From Monocercomonoides exilis PA203 (taxonomy: Eukaryota; Protista; Preaxostyla): a DNA stretch of 64,000 bases. Positions 34,908 to 47,826 of this stretch are shown piece by piece. The stretch covers positions 124,001 to 188,000 of the forward strand of contig LSRY02000039.1 in the NCBI GenBank assembly GCA_001643675.2, given 5' to 3'. Both the position numbers and the translations under genes were made by a program. Below the pieces are notes generated by a model. The model was not told where the DNA came from. It saw only the letters and a program-made list of their open reading frames with translations, and made no database searches. How positions within the stretch are numbered: the first letter of the stretch is position 1; every line of letters starts with the position of its first letter.

Positions 34908-37278
34908 ATGTCCAATCCTTTTTTTTCAATTGATATTTCTCCTTCATTTTTAGGTTCACGTCCACCAATATCGTTTTCTTATAATGAAAATGAAGAATTT
35001 TCACCTTCATATGTTTCATGTTTGGAAATTATTTTAGCGCACATTAACTTTTTAACTTTCCAAAATGATTCTTTTTTTTTTTCAAAAAAACTAGTAACAT
35101 GGATGAAAGACAATGGAAATATTATTTCAAAATTAACACCAACTAAAAATGATGAAGGAAAACCTCTTTTGACCCAGGAAGATGCAGCTCGTGAAGTGAA
35201 GCTTGTTCTTGATGCTGAAGCGAAGGCATCTTCTTCAAATCAGCCTGCAGAAAAACTTGCGCTGGAAATGCACGAAGGAAAAGAAGATTCATCCAAGAAA
35301 GCACAAGATGCAGATCAAAACTTTCAAACAGAAGAGAGTTTTCAGCTGTTACATCAAACGAATCCAGAAACTCATGAAATTGAACCACAGAATGTTGCGC
35401 AAATCCAAGATGAAGGAGCTCATGATGAAAACGCTAATGAGCGTGGAGATGCTGCGGAAAATGATAACCACCTTAGCAACGAGCCTTCAAACGAATCTTT
35501 GACTCATAATCATGGATTGCCTTCATCAGAATGGCATCCAATAGATGGAGGCGTTTTTCATGGATGCAAGCATTACCTCAGAGAATGTAAAATTTGCTGT
35601 GAAGAATGCCAACGATTTTTCACTTGCAGAATTTGCCATGACAAAATTGCTGATCATGAGATAGATCGGTATAAAATAAGTAAAGTTTGGTGTTATAGAT
35701 GTAAAAAAATTGGACCTTTCCAAAGGCAATGCGCTCACTGCGGGATTGTATTTGCAACTCATTTTTGTGATAAATGCCGATTTTATAATGGAAATCCATT
35801 AATGAAAGTTTTTCATTGTGACAAATGTCTGAGAGATATTTTTTTATTTTCAAAAAAATTTTGTTTTATTATATTGTTTTTGAAAAAATTAAGGTGGATT
35901 TTGCCGAATCGGCAGCCGAGAAGAAGTTATCCACTGCGACGGATGCAACGTGTGCCTGTTCGCAGAAACAGCCGCTGGCCATCCGTGTCTTCCGGACGCT
36001 CTGAAGAAGAACTGCCCCGTGTGCTTCAAAGACATGTTCACGACACGCAAGCCCAGCTGGCGCGCGCCGTGTGGCCACTACTTCCACCGGAAATGTGCAG
36101 ACGCACTGTTCCGAAGCGGCTTCATCCGCTGCCCGTTGTGCCAGCGGCCGATGGTGCAGCTGCAGGAAGCTACAGATGAAGGAGGAGATGGGCAAGGGGA
36201 AGAAGAAGAAAGAGAAAGAGGAGAAAGAGAAAGAGAAAGAGGAGGAGGAGAAAGAGGAGAAAGAGGAGGAGCCAGAATTGAAGGGCCTCTACGCAATGTG
36301 AGAAATGTGGCAGCAAACATTGAAGCCGAGCTTCATGCGGCGGAGGCGATGGGGGAGCAGATGATGGCGCAGTTCCAGGTGTTGAATGATATGCTGCAGC
36401 ATGTGATCAACCAGATGGACAACAACAACAGAGCAGAGGATGAAGAAGAGAGGGGGAGAATGAGAGGGCATTGGAGGCATGCGGAGCATAGACAGGGAAG
36501 GAATGACATGGTGAATGTGGGGGCAGAGAATGTGATGGAAGAGGAAAGAGAAGAGGAAAGAGAAGAGGAAAGAGCTATGGAAAGAGATATGGAAAGAGAA
36601 GAGGAAATAGAAGAGTATACAGAAGAGGAAAGAGAAAGATTCATGGAAAGAGCTATGGAAAGAGATATGGAAAGAGAAAGAGAAGGAGATATGGAAAGAG
36701 CTATGGAAAGAGCTATGAAAAGAGATATAGAAAGAGATATTAAAAGAGATATGGAAGGAGAAGGAGAAGGAGAGTACTTTCATGGCGATGAGATGGAAGA
36801 AGACGAACTTGAGGAAGCACACGAGGAAGAAGGGCAAATGGTGGAAGAACGAGAACTAAAGGACGAAGACAAAGAAGAAGCAATTGAAGAAGAAGAAGTA
36901 GAAGAAGAACAAGAAGAAGGACAAGAGGATGAAGAAGACTTGGGAGAACGGCAAGCAGAAAGGAGAAACCGAGTTCCCCAGCTGATGCAGCTGCTGAACT
37001 TGCTGCATGGAATTATTGTGCATCATCAAGCTATTCGGCAGCATTTCCCCCATTTGAGACGTGATGAAATGAATAATGTTCAGGAGGAAAGGGAAAGGGA
37101 AAGGGTAAGGGAAAGAGAAAGAGAAGAAGAAGAAGGAAGAGATGGAGAAGACATGGAAGAAGACATGGAAGAGAAAGATGAAGAGAAAGAGGAAAAGAAG
37201 GAAGATGAATATCAAGAAGGAGAAGGAGAGGAAGAAGAAGATGGAGACAATGAGCAAGAGCGTCAGGATATGATTTGA
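34908..37278 (+). CDS. RCHY1/PIRH2-like CHY + CTCHY zinc finger and RING-H2 E3 ligase with long E/R/M-rich tail
   Basis: GCKHYLRECKI-CC..FFTCRICHD..DHEIDR, FCDKCRFY..FHCDKC|GFCRIG..HCDGCNVC, CPVC..PCGHYFHRKC..RCPLC. Intron ~35827-35893; start approximate. Confidence 0.88.
36540..36760 (+). repeat. Coding 12-nt tandem repeats (MERD/MERA/EERE)
   Basis: Repeated ATGGAAAGAG(A/C)T units. Confidence 0.85.
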
Positions 37279-38059
37279 GCTGATCAACAAAGAGAGGACA
37301 GGAGAATGCAAATGGTTCAGAATGAAGAAAGCGATCGATCAAATGACAAATGAAATGGTTGTAACAATAACGATAATGAAGATACTTCTTTGTCGTTGTG
37401 CAACCTTTCTGGTAAATTATGCGGAAGAAAGATAAAAAAAAAAAAGAAGAAGGAAAGAAAGAGAAGCTGCAAAACTTGATGCAGAAAAAATGAAATACAC
37501 AATGAAGGAACTGCTGATGGTATTTATCATAATGATAGCCAAGCATAACTTGATATTGTTGCATTCAGAATTAAAAAAAAATGAGGAAAAATGAAAAAAA
37601 AAAAAAAGGAGTCACATAAAGAAGTTACTGATGACAAGAGCCCTCTCTTTTATATGACTGGTAGACTTATTCTTTTCCAACAGACAGCAATAGAAATCAA
37701 AGCTGATTCAACGTTTTTATTTCTACTGACATATGTTTTATGTTGTTGGTGGCGTTTTCTTAAGTTTATTTATTTATTTATTTATTATTTTTATCCAGAA
37801 AAAATGAACTTAGTGTATTATTTTTGCTTTTTTTCATAATATTAAAAATTCGACAAACAGAATGACTGAAATTATTTATTTTTCATTTTTTCTGTAAATG
37901 ATTGCATATTGTTTGATGATGATAAAACAATGCAAAAATTCAAACTTTCAGAAAACATAAAAGAAACTTTAAAAAATCTCTTGTCACTTTTCATGCTATT
38001 GCATATTCGTGATGAACGTCTGGTTCAACAAGTGATCCATAAAGTGTCATATTAACTTA

Positions 38060-39145
38060 CGATAATCTAATGGAGAATGAAAGGCACATCTCTTGTAAAT
38101 TCAAACAAAAAATTTACGATGAATATCCTGAAATTTCTACAGCTGGGTGGCTTCCACAATATCACGACATGGGACTGGTTGGAAAATTTTTTCAGTCAGA
38201 AATTTTGCAGGCTATATCATACTTATGTTGTCTCTTGACTTTTTAAAAGCACCCATTCGATGGATAAAACTGCTTTCTGTAGCGAAAGCCTATTCTGGCG
38301 GTGGGCCAAATTTTGGATACGATTTAGCATTGAGAAAAGTGAAAGACGAGGAGCTCGCAGCGAAGAAAATTAACCTCTCAAACTAGTACAATGCTTTTCA
38401 ATAGTAGCAAATCTGGAAATCGTAAGGACTTTGTTCCGCTTAAATGAAAGGTTTGTAAAGTTTGGATTTTGAGGGCACTTTACACCTTGCTTTGGGATGA
38501 TAGAGGCAACATTTATTGCATCATCATCACATGGAATGGCAGTCTACATATTCGGCAAAAGTGCACTTTCTGATCATAGAGTCGTTTCATTGGCCAATGG
38601 AGACAAAGCAGTTGCAGACAAAAAGAAAAAGACAGAAGAAAATGAGAGTGAAGACGACGAAGATGATGATGACGAGGAAGACGAGGAAGATGACTCAACG
38701 GAGCTGGTTGGAACTGGATACATTTGCGGGCCTGTTACTGTAGCGCAGAATAGGATACCTGACCCAATCGGATGGACCATTCTGATTGTGGACCCTACAA
38801 CGAACGCATAGCGACCACCAGATCTCGTGGGTGAAATCCGGATCTAATCAAGCTCTGTTGTGAATGGATACTTCAGAGAGCCAGAAATGATAGGGAGGGT
38901 GTTCTGTTGCAACACTGCCAATGGTAGAGGACCGTTCCTCAGAACATGCGATCTGGAGTTTGTGTACGACAGTAACCTATTCGTATCTGGGAGGCTGAAG
39001 GATATGATTATCATCCATTTCTGTAGTTTCTATCAGATGGGCATTGAAAGGGCGAGCGAAGATGCATCTCCTCACCTGCGACCAGGCTGCTCTGCTGCTG
39101 TTTCCCTAACAGTTTCTATGAAAATAATCCTCATTGGTGAATAAG
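38060..39145 (+). pseudogene. Fatty acyl-AMP ligase (FAAL)-like pseudogene
   Basis: WLPQYHDMGLVG (38148-38183, different frame from the annotated ORF), PIRWIKLLS..SGGGPNFGYDL, PCFGMIEAT, GEI..SSVVNGYF, FLRTCDL..LFVSGRLKDMIII; multiple in-frame stops and frameshifts. Confidence 0.85.
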
Positions 39146-39572
39146 CAGATGAAACATATAAAAAACAAGAAAATGCAAAGTTGACGAAGAAAAGAAAGTT
39201 GAAGACACCAAAGAGACAATGAGTTGAGAAATGAAGAAGATTAATTTCTGCAGATCATTATTAACGGAAGAATTCTCGCAGTTGAGCAAGTGAAATAGAA
39301 GGAGGCGTATATTTGCTTTTTTTGAAATGATTTTTCGTGATGGTGCTCTCTTTTGAGGATGATCATATACTGAAGTTGCTCATCGTTTTTGATATCTCCT
39401 CATTTCGAAAATTCATATTCACTCATCTTTCTTCTTTATGAACTTTTCAAAAGAGCTTCTTCATTTTATTTTTTATAATAATATATCCAATCATATTTTT
39501 CATCATTTGAAGAGGATGCATTTATGGAATTAGGCGAAATGATTTGTGAAGTGTTCGAAATGGAAATTTGAT

Positions 39573-39965
39573 CTATCGCGATGGAAGCGCATCTTCTGAG
39601 GATGAAGCATCACTTAAATTTGATTCCTCAAATTTTTGTTTCTGATGCCGCTTCTTTTCATCGCTTGATGCTGTCTCCTTTGCCCTTTGACTGGCAGAAG
39701 TTATTTGTTCGTGTTTTGTTGTGGATGGAAGTTTTCGTTGAGCTCCTTCTCCTAAAAACGGCTTGAATTGCTGGGACAATTCTTTTTGAGCTCGTATTTC
39801 TATTTTTATGAAGTATTTAATGTTAGAGAAATTAGATTCAAAAAAGTGATTGATGCCTTCTCTTCCATCTGCAATAGTTCTTTCAGCGCTTGCAATTACA
39901 GACTTTACTAACTTATTAACTTTTGAAGCCTCTTCAAGCATTTGGAAAAATTCCACATCTTCCAT
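39573..39965 (-). CDS. Hypothetical protein (~110-130 aa)
   Basis: Clean ORF head-to-head with calcineurin; possible in-frame intron ~39800-39855. Confidence 0.5.
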   Translation of the reverse strand: MEDVEFFQMLEEASKVNKLVKSVIASAERTIADGREGINHFFESNFSNIKYFIKIEIRAQKELSQQFKPFLGEGAQRKLPSTTKHEQITSASQRAKETASSDEKKRHQKQKFEESNLSDASSSEDALPSR

Positions 39966-40025
39966 TTGCTCTTTTTAATTATATGATCAAAATAGGTACA
40001 TAATTTTTGTATTTTTTAAACTTTC

Positions 40026-42420
40026 ATGATATCTGCTCCTGCAGTCGACATTGGGGAGTCATTCGACACAATCAGCCGTCCTTGCTCGGATGTTCCTGAA
40101 CCGGCAAAAGATATCTTGGACCATTCCGTCCTGTTCATGGCTCCAAATAAAATCAATATCCCTGCATTAAAGGAACACTTCGTGAGAGAGGGTAGAATTA
40201 ACATTTCGGACATTACAACTATCGTCAATATGGCTGCACAAATTTTCAGAACAGAACCTAACGTGCTTGATATTAGCGGCGAAGTCCGAGTCGCTGGAGA
40301 TCTTCATGGTTTGTTTTGTATTTTTCAGAGCTGTGCTGTCTTCTTTACTCATAAAACTCAATTCACTTTGCCAACTGCATGTCTTAATTGCAATTTTATT
40401 TTTGCCGTGTTTATTTTTTTAAAACTTATGATAAATTGTCAATTTATTATTTGTTTTAAAAGGATCTTATTATGACTTTCTAAAGTTGCTTGAAGTTGGT
40501 GGAGATCCTTCTGAGTTTTCATATTTATTCCTCGGAGATTATGTGGATCGTGGATTTTTTGGTTGTGAACTTCTTATTCACATGCTTGCCTTGAAAATTA
40601 ACTATCCTACAAGCTTTTTCATGATTCGGGGGAACCATGAAAGCAAACACCTCACCGAACATTTCAACTTCAAACGTGAATGTTTGCTATACTTATTTAT
40701 TTTTATTGCAATCTTTTATTTTTTATTTTTCAAGGTATTTACAAATATAACAGTGATGTGTACTATGCCTTCTTGTCTGTGTTTGACACAATGCCATTTG
40801 CTGCTTTAATTGGAGAAAAGAGATTCTTCTGCGTTCATGCTGGAATATCACCTCAGTTGAAAAAGGTTGGATTGCGTTTTTTATGAATTCTTTTATAATT
40901 CTTTGTTAAACATTATTCAATTCACGTTTAACTTTTGTTTCTTTAGATTGATGCTCTTAACGGCATCAACAGATTCAGAGAGATTCCGGACACAGGAATG
41001 GTGACAGATATGTTGTGGTCTGATCCAGTTCCGGCAGAGCTTGATCCCTCAAACACAGTCACTTTCATCGATAATTCTGCAAGAAATTGCTCATATTATT
41101 ACGGGTTTGTATTTTGAAATGTTTCTATTTAAAAATTAACTTGTTTAATCATTTATCCATTGAATATATCCTTCTCCTCTTCATCCTTTCCATCTTTCTC
41201 TCTCTCTCTCTCTCTCTTTTTTTTTTTTTTTTTTTTTTTTTTGTCTTTCAGAGCAACCGCCGTCCGCCAGTTTCTCCGAGCCAACTCTCTTGTGGCTCTT
41301 GTGCGTGGCCACGAATGCAAAGACACAGGATTCGAGATGCAGTTCCCTCGTTCCGGCACAAACCCCTTCCCAACAGTCATCACCCTGTTTTCTTGCCCCA
41401 ATTATGTGGACTCGTTCAAAAACCAGGCTGCCATTCTGCTTGTGAAGAAAGAGAAAATCCACTTCAGACAGTTCTCTGCCTCGCCTCACCCGTATTTCTT
41501 GCCCAACTTCATCGACGTCTTCCATCTCTCTCTCCCTTACGTGGCAGAGAACATCGCGTCTATGCTCCTGGAAATCCTCAAGTTCTGCTCAAGTATGGAC
41601 TGTTTATTTCTTTGCTTGAATGGACTTAATTATTTGATGCCAATAATTTCTTCTTTGCTTATATCTGTTCGTCATGCCTTTCCCTCATAAATTTTGAATT
41701 TTCTTTCTCTTTCTCTTTCTTTATTGAAATCATTATCTTTCTATTTAACCCTTAGCACCCGGCGAAGGCGAAGACAAAGACACATCACTGGCAGCGCGCC
41801 GTGGGGAGATCACCACCAAAATCCACGCAGTTGCTCGTCTGTGTGGCATGTTCCAGACACTCAGACAAGAGAACGAGGCAGTTGTGCTTTTGAAGGGCTT
41901 TTCAGACGGCACACTGCAAAAGGGGTTGCTGCTGGGCGGGAAGACAGCTATTAGAGAAGCGCTTTCCTCGTTCCAGAGGGCGATGGAGGTGGACAAGCCG
42001 AACTTGGCAAGGCCTTCGCCGAAGAGCGACTCGGCAGCTGAGAAGGCAGCGAAGGAGCTGGCTTATGGCTCGTCTTCGAAGGAGAAAGAAGGAGGTGCTT
42101 CTTCTTCTTCCACTCCTTCTTCTTCCTCTTCTTCCTCCTCCTCTGATGGCAAAAAGGGCGAGGACGACGAAGGAGAAGAGGTGCTGGCGTCCGGAAGGAA
42201 GAGAGTGTCAACGTATCTCCGCCGCCTCTCCAGCGACCAGCAGCTCAAAGCGCCGCTGCCGAGCCCGTCAAGTGCGAATGCCCCGCGTGTTTCGTCTCCG
42301 TCGACGAAGGCTGTGGCTACAAGGGCAGCAGGGGCAGGAGAGAAGCACAGCGAGTCATTCACACTGGATCTGCCAGGGATGGGCGCGAATGAGGAGGAGG
42401 GGAAGCAGGCAAAGAAGTGA
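40026..42420 (+). CDS. CNA: Calcineurin (PP2B) catalytic subunit A, multi-exon
   Basis: [32 protein letters not shown]; CnB-binding [23 protein letters not shown]; CaM-binding [21 protein letters not shown]; autoinhibitory [12 protein letters not shown]. Confidence 0.93.
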
Positions 42421-42426
42421 AGAGAT

Positions 42427-42457
<31 letters not shown>

Positions 42458-43001
42458 AGAAGAAGAAGAAGAGATTGCGAATGATGAAGAGAAGAGAAGA
42501 GAATAAGGATTGAATAGGGGCAATGTCACGAATCTTTTTGTGAATATTGTGCTATTTTCATACAATCATTTTATTGATCTGTAATTCTTTTATATTTTTT
42601 GAGTTTTTCGACAAACTTTTAAAAAACTTTGAGCTTCATTTAAACTTCTCTCTCTTTTTTTTTTTAATTAAACATTTTTAAAGTCTTATTTTAACTCTTG
42701 TACATTTTCTTCCTCAAATTCTACATCAAACACATCCATTTCGCTTCTTTAAGGTTCTTTAGAAATTTTCAAACATAAATAATTTACTCTTCCACTGAAT
42801 GAAGTTGTTTCTTTCACACCACATCCTATTTAATTATATTTTTAATTTTTTTAATAATAAAGATTTTTATTTTTGTGATGAAAAAAATTACTATTCGGAA
42901 GAAATGATTTAATGGAGAAATTACATTTCAGATCAATTTGCATTGCTTTCCATTGGGCTTGGCAGTTTATCTCATAACTTCCTTCACCAATAAATATAAA
43001 A

Positions 43002-44397
43002 ATGGAAACACCGCTGCGAGAATATGTGTTTTCATTACGTTTTGAATCGAAATGGGGGCAAAATTGCTATGTTATTGGTTTGAGTGATTGTCGATTACCC
43101 AAAGATTTTTAATTATCATTTCGCTGTTATATTTCAACAAAACAATATTTTATTTTTGATTCATTTTTTTAGGAGAAGGAAAGGAACTTGGATTTTGGCG
43201 GCCGAATCCATCATTGTTTGACCATTTCATTCTCATTTTCTTAAAGTAAAAGGCTCATTCTATACTTTTATAAAATTAAAAATTTATGAATCTGCATTGT
43301 AAACTTTATTTTTGCTTCCGTTTCGCTCTTTCTTTTGTTTATGCTGTTTTTTTCAGACGAATGATTTACACTGCAAAAGCTCTTTGGACAATCAAATTGC
43401 AGATTCCAGATACAAATCTTAGATACACATATGTTGTACTGGATGATTTTGACCCATCAAAAACAATTCTCTGGGAACCTCGAACAGATAGAGAATTGAA
43501 AAAAGGTCAGATACCAAACACTGATGATTGGGGAGTTTGTGAAGAAATACTTTATAAAATTCGTTGTCATTTCCCTTTTGATTTTGCTTCATTTTCTTTT
43601 TTTCATGTTATTAATGAATATATTTTTAAGGTTGGAAGAAAAGTACAAGAAATTATTTTGCCCGTTATTGAAAAACCGATATGGCGCTGCCCTATGCCCA
43701 TGTCACGGATGTTTGACCCAGCTGGATCAATACTTGAAGAATTTGAATCGCTTCATATTGATACGATTGCTTGCCTTGCACATAGAGAAGTTTGAATATT
43801 CTCCTTTAAAAGATTTTTTTATCTATTATGAATTTTTGTTATTCAATTTCCATAATTATTAACGTGTTGATTAGGAATTGGAATATCATACAAATAGGCA
43901 ACTTCTGCCTTATTATGAAAGTCATAACTTTCCCATGCATATTTACGTGGTGGATGATATGAGCGTTCCTCAAGAGTACGAAGAATATGGTCGTTTTGTC
44001 AACGCCATCATAAATGTGTGCAATTTATAAGAAAAGCATTTTTTTGCAAGTTTCAAACATCTATTTTTGTGCTGTTTTCATTTGAAAATGTGATTTATAA
44101 CAATATTTTTTTTTCAGTTGATAAAGGAAGGAAAGCGCGTTTGCGTCCATTGTCATTCTGGAACTGGACGAACTGGACTGTTTATTGCGTGCATATGGAA
44201 AAAGGTATGATTCAACATAATTAATAATATTGATAGCATTTTGACGATTATTCTTTGCTTTTGTTTGACATATTTAACAAATTTTCACAAAGTTGACTAA
44301 AAAATCTGCGAAAGAAATTCTTGAGCAATTCAATGATACATTCCATGGAGCTCTTCTCACTTCAGATTGCCTTCATTATCTCCACCATTTCCAATGA
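43002..44397 (+). CDS. CBM20 carbohydrate-binding module fused to a Cys-based (CX5R) phosphatase; laforin-like architecture, ~7 exons
   Basis: CBM20: YVFSLRFESKWGQNCYVIG-EGKELGFWRP..RM..LWT..LRYTYVV..ILWE..R..DDWG. Phosphatase: DDMSVP ... KRVCVHCHSGTGRTGLFIAC (~44135-44195, not in the ORF track); TGA 44395-44397. Confidence 0.82.
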
Positions 44398-44632
44398 AGT
44401 TTCCATCAATTTTTTTGTTTATGCATTTTTATGTATCTGCTTCAATCGGATTGACTTTTTGCTATTTTCGAAGCAAAAAGTGGCAACGCCAACTCACCCA
44501 TTTCAAGTGATAAGCGCCACTTGTAAAATTACAATTATCTTTATGAATATTAAAATAGTTATTTTTCATAATAATTGAGTTATGGAGAAGATCTTTTTAG
44601 CTTAATTGCATAACTTGTCAAATAAAGGACAT

Positions 44633-45486
44633 ATGCACTTACTTTATGCTTTTTTGTTTTTATTATTAAGCAATCATATGTGTGCTCAATCAACAACAAA
44701 TTCCGCTGGTTTGAAGAGAAAGCCTCCTTCAAAATTGGTTATAACAAATCTTAACGAGGCTAAACAGTGTGAGAATCCGCTTGCGAATAATGATATTATT
44801 GAGGTTTCTTGCATTTAAAATGAAAATGTTTTGAGAGCATTCTATGATGTTTATTGGTTAGATAGCGTATAATCTTTCGCTTTTTGCAAATCAGCAGCTC
44901 ATTGCTAAAACAGGGAATGACGAATCTTTCATTTTGCAAGTTGGAAAAAATCAAGTTGTATCTGGCTTGGAAGAGGTTTGGACTTCTTTTGCCTCGTCAA
45001 CAATTTGATGATTTGAAATTATGAAATCAGGGAATTCTTGGAATGTGCCCAGGCGAAAGAAGGCATTTGATTGTTCCTTCAAATAAAGCGTATGGGAAAA
45101 GGGGAAGTCCAGATGGAATTCCACCTTTCTCTTCAATTGAACTTGATGTTGAGCTTTTGAACAATCGCCATGTAAAAGATGATGAAACTGTGGATATTTC
45201 AAAGGAAAAAAGTAAAGAAAATAGATCTCAAAAACCTCTTCCAAGAATTGTAACAGCAAATGAAGTAGAAAAGAGGGAAACTTCCATTAAGAAGGGAAAT
45301 TTTGATCCCAGTAAAAAACAAAAAAAGAGAGTATTATCAATTGATGACATAAGCACCCTTCAGCCTGATGGTACGCGAATAGTTAATTTTGAGGTTTGCT
45401 TTTTTTTTTATTTTTATGATTGTTTAAGCTAAATTATATGCCTTTTTCAGTATAAAGGTGATAGTGGAGAAACTTTGGAACTTTAA
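44633..45486 (+). CDS. Secretory-pathway FKBP-type peptidyl-prolyl isomerase-like protein
   Basis: Signal peptide MHLLYAFLFLLLS; VGKNQVVSGLEE-GILGMCPGERRHLIVPSNKAYGKRG..IPP.S.IELDVELL; ends ETLEL*. Confidence 0.82.
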
Positions 45487-45682
45487 AATACTGGAACATT
45501 TCATTTTAATAAAAAGTTATTGCCTAAAGAACATCATGGATCATTTTTTTTTGTTATTATTAAAAATACATCAACTTGGACAAGTATTTATTAAAATACT
45601 TAAAAAAGATGGATCTTTTTTGAAACCCATTAGATTTTCATTCACCTTTTAAAATTGTTTTTGAGTGTTTTTCTTTTTGAAG

Positions 45683-47793
45683 ATGGCACTTAATTCTTCA
45701 AAAGGAGGTTCCATTCAAGATAAAGAACAGAAAAATTTGCCAGAATCATTTTATCGACTTTGTGAAATTCATGGAATACCTCCAGATGAAAATGCACAAA
45801 AAGCAGCTTTGCAAATGAAAAGCGTGGAGATCTTTATGCAAGGATCATACTTCAAAATGGAAAGTCTTCATTATTTTGCAAATATAACCGAATTAATTAT
45901 AATTCAGCAAGATATACGTCGAATTGAGAATTTGAGTTCTCTTGTTCATTTGGAGTCGCTTTGGATCAACGACAATCCACACCTTACTAAAATTGAAGGA
46001 CTTGCATCACTGTCAAATTTGAAGAAATTGTTTCTGTATGCCTGAGATTTTATAACAGCATTATATTGAACAATTTTTAATATTAATTTTTCATCAGTTG
46101 CATGAATCGAATATCTGTCATTGAAAATTTGGAAAATCTTTCATCGCTAGAAACCCTTTGGCTTGCGGAGAACGGTTTGCTTTTTGACTTTCATTTTTGA
46201 ATGTTGAAAATTGAATTGTTTTAAACATAGAAATATCATCTATGAATGGTCTTGAAAGCTTGACTTCACTGAAAGATTTGTCACTTGCCAAAAATAATAT
46301 AGAGTTTATAAGCGACACTGTTATTGATAGTCTTGTCAATCTTGAGATTATTAACCTTTCAGCAAACAAAATTGGATCTTTTTTGGAGGTCAATAAACTT
46401 TCAAGGCTTCCGGTGTTGAAAGAAGTGTACCTATTTGATCCACATTACGGGAGCTGCCCTGTGTGTTTTCTGTCGAATTTTCAGACATGTGCTCTCAGCA
46501 TGTGGAAGAAAGTGAGCGTGATGGATTATCTGCCAGTCACTGCCGAGCAGCATGCAGCTGCCGAGTCCACCTTGGCCAAAAAGCGAATGTACTACAACAT
46601 GAGAATCAACTCACTGAAGCGGAACACCACGAATCTCATCGGCTGTGCCAACCGCACTGCAGAGTGGAACTCACAGAGTGTGATGGATGTGGTGCGGATG
46701 ATGCAGCGGCGGATGGCTGACGCTGTTGATCGCCAGCTGTCTGCAGAAGCAGCCGAGGAAGAGGCTCGCCTCGCATCGCTTTTGAAGGAAGAGGAGCAGT
46801 CTGCAAAGACACAGACAGGAGAGCCACAGCCTGCTGCGTCTCCATCTCCGTCTCCGTCTCCGTCACCGACTCCACAGTCATCTCCTTCACCAACACGAAG
46901 CCAAAGACCATCAACACCGCTCCGCTTTGCACTCACGCGTAGCCAGCGCGAAGGGCGGATTGTGACAGTGAAGGACATTCTGAAGGCGAAAGGAGAGTGG
47001 AAGGACGAGTGGGATGAGCTTCTGTTTGCACAGGGTGGGAATGCTCTATCGTCCACTGCTTCATCCTCCTCACTTTCATCAACATCCTCAGCTTCCTCTT
47101 CATCAGCGGGGCTGGTGCGGCAGCGGTGCTTATCAATGCAACGAGATCTGAATAGGCTGGTGAGTGATGCTCTGTTGCCTCGTGTGGATGCCGTGGGTGC
47201 AGCAGTATCTGTGTTGGGGAGTGAAGTGGGGCGGATGCGGAAGGAGAGGATTAGACATCTGATAATTGAGCTGGAGACAGGAGGGAACATTCGGCTGGAG
47301 GAAGGCAAAGGGAACGACGCGTGGGTGAAGTCGTGTGTGGAGCTGGTGACGCGGCGGTTTGAGCAGGCTCAGCACGGCGAAAGAGACCTGTTGCGGGAGA
47401 AGGAGAAGAAAGAGCGAGAGAAGAAAGAAAGTGGGTGGTTTGCACAGAACTTTGGGATTCGGAGTGTGAATGTGACGTCTGTTACACGCATCTACAACAA
47501 GCACCTGCGGATGCGGTTTGACCAGAAAGTGGGGGATATCCAGAAGCAGCTGGAGGAAGAGGAGAAGGAAGAAGGCGGGGCAGGAACAGGAACAGGAGCA
47601 GGGGCAGGGTCAAATGCAGGGGATGCGAAGAAGCATGTGGAATATCTTTTCTTCGTAGATCCTTTGCTGATGGAGGACGAGATAGAGCATGTGGTGATAA
47701 ATGGGTTCCGTGAGGCGAAGGAGTACGGGCGCGCCATGCGGGAAGGGAATAATAATTCTCCGGGCGTAGAAAAGAAAAGCAAGGAAAGGAAAG

Positions 47794-47826
<33 letters not shown>

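Noticed and set aside
40026-45486. Calcineurin-phosphatase-FKBP as a functional cluster
   Set aside because: The FKBP has a signal peptide, so it is in a different compartment; adjacency is expected by chance in a compact genome.
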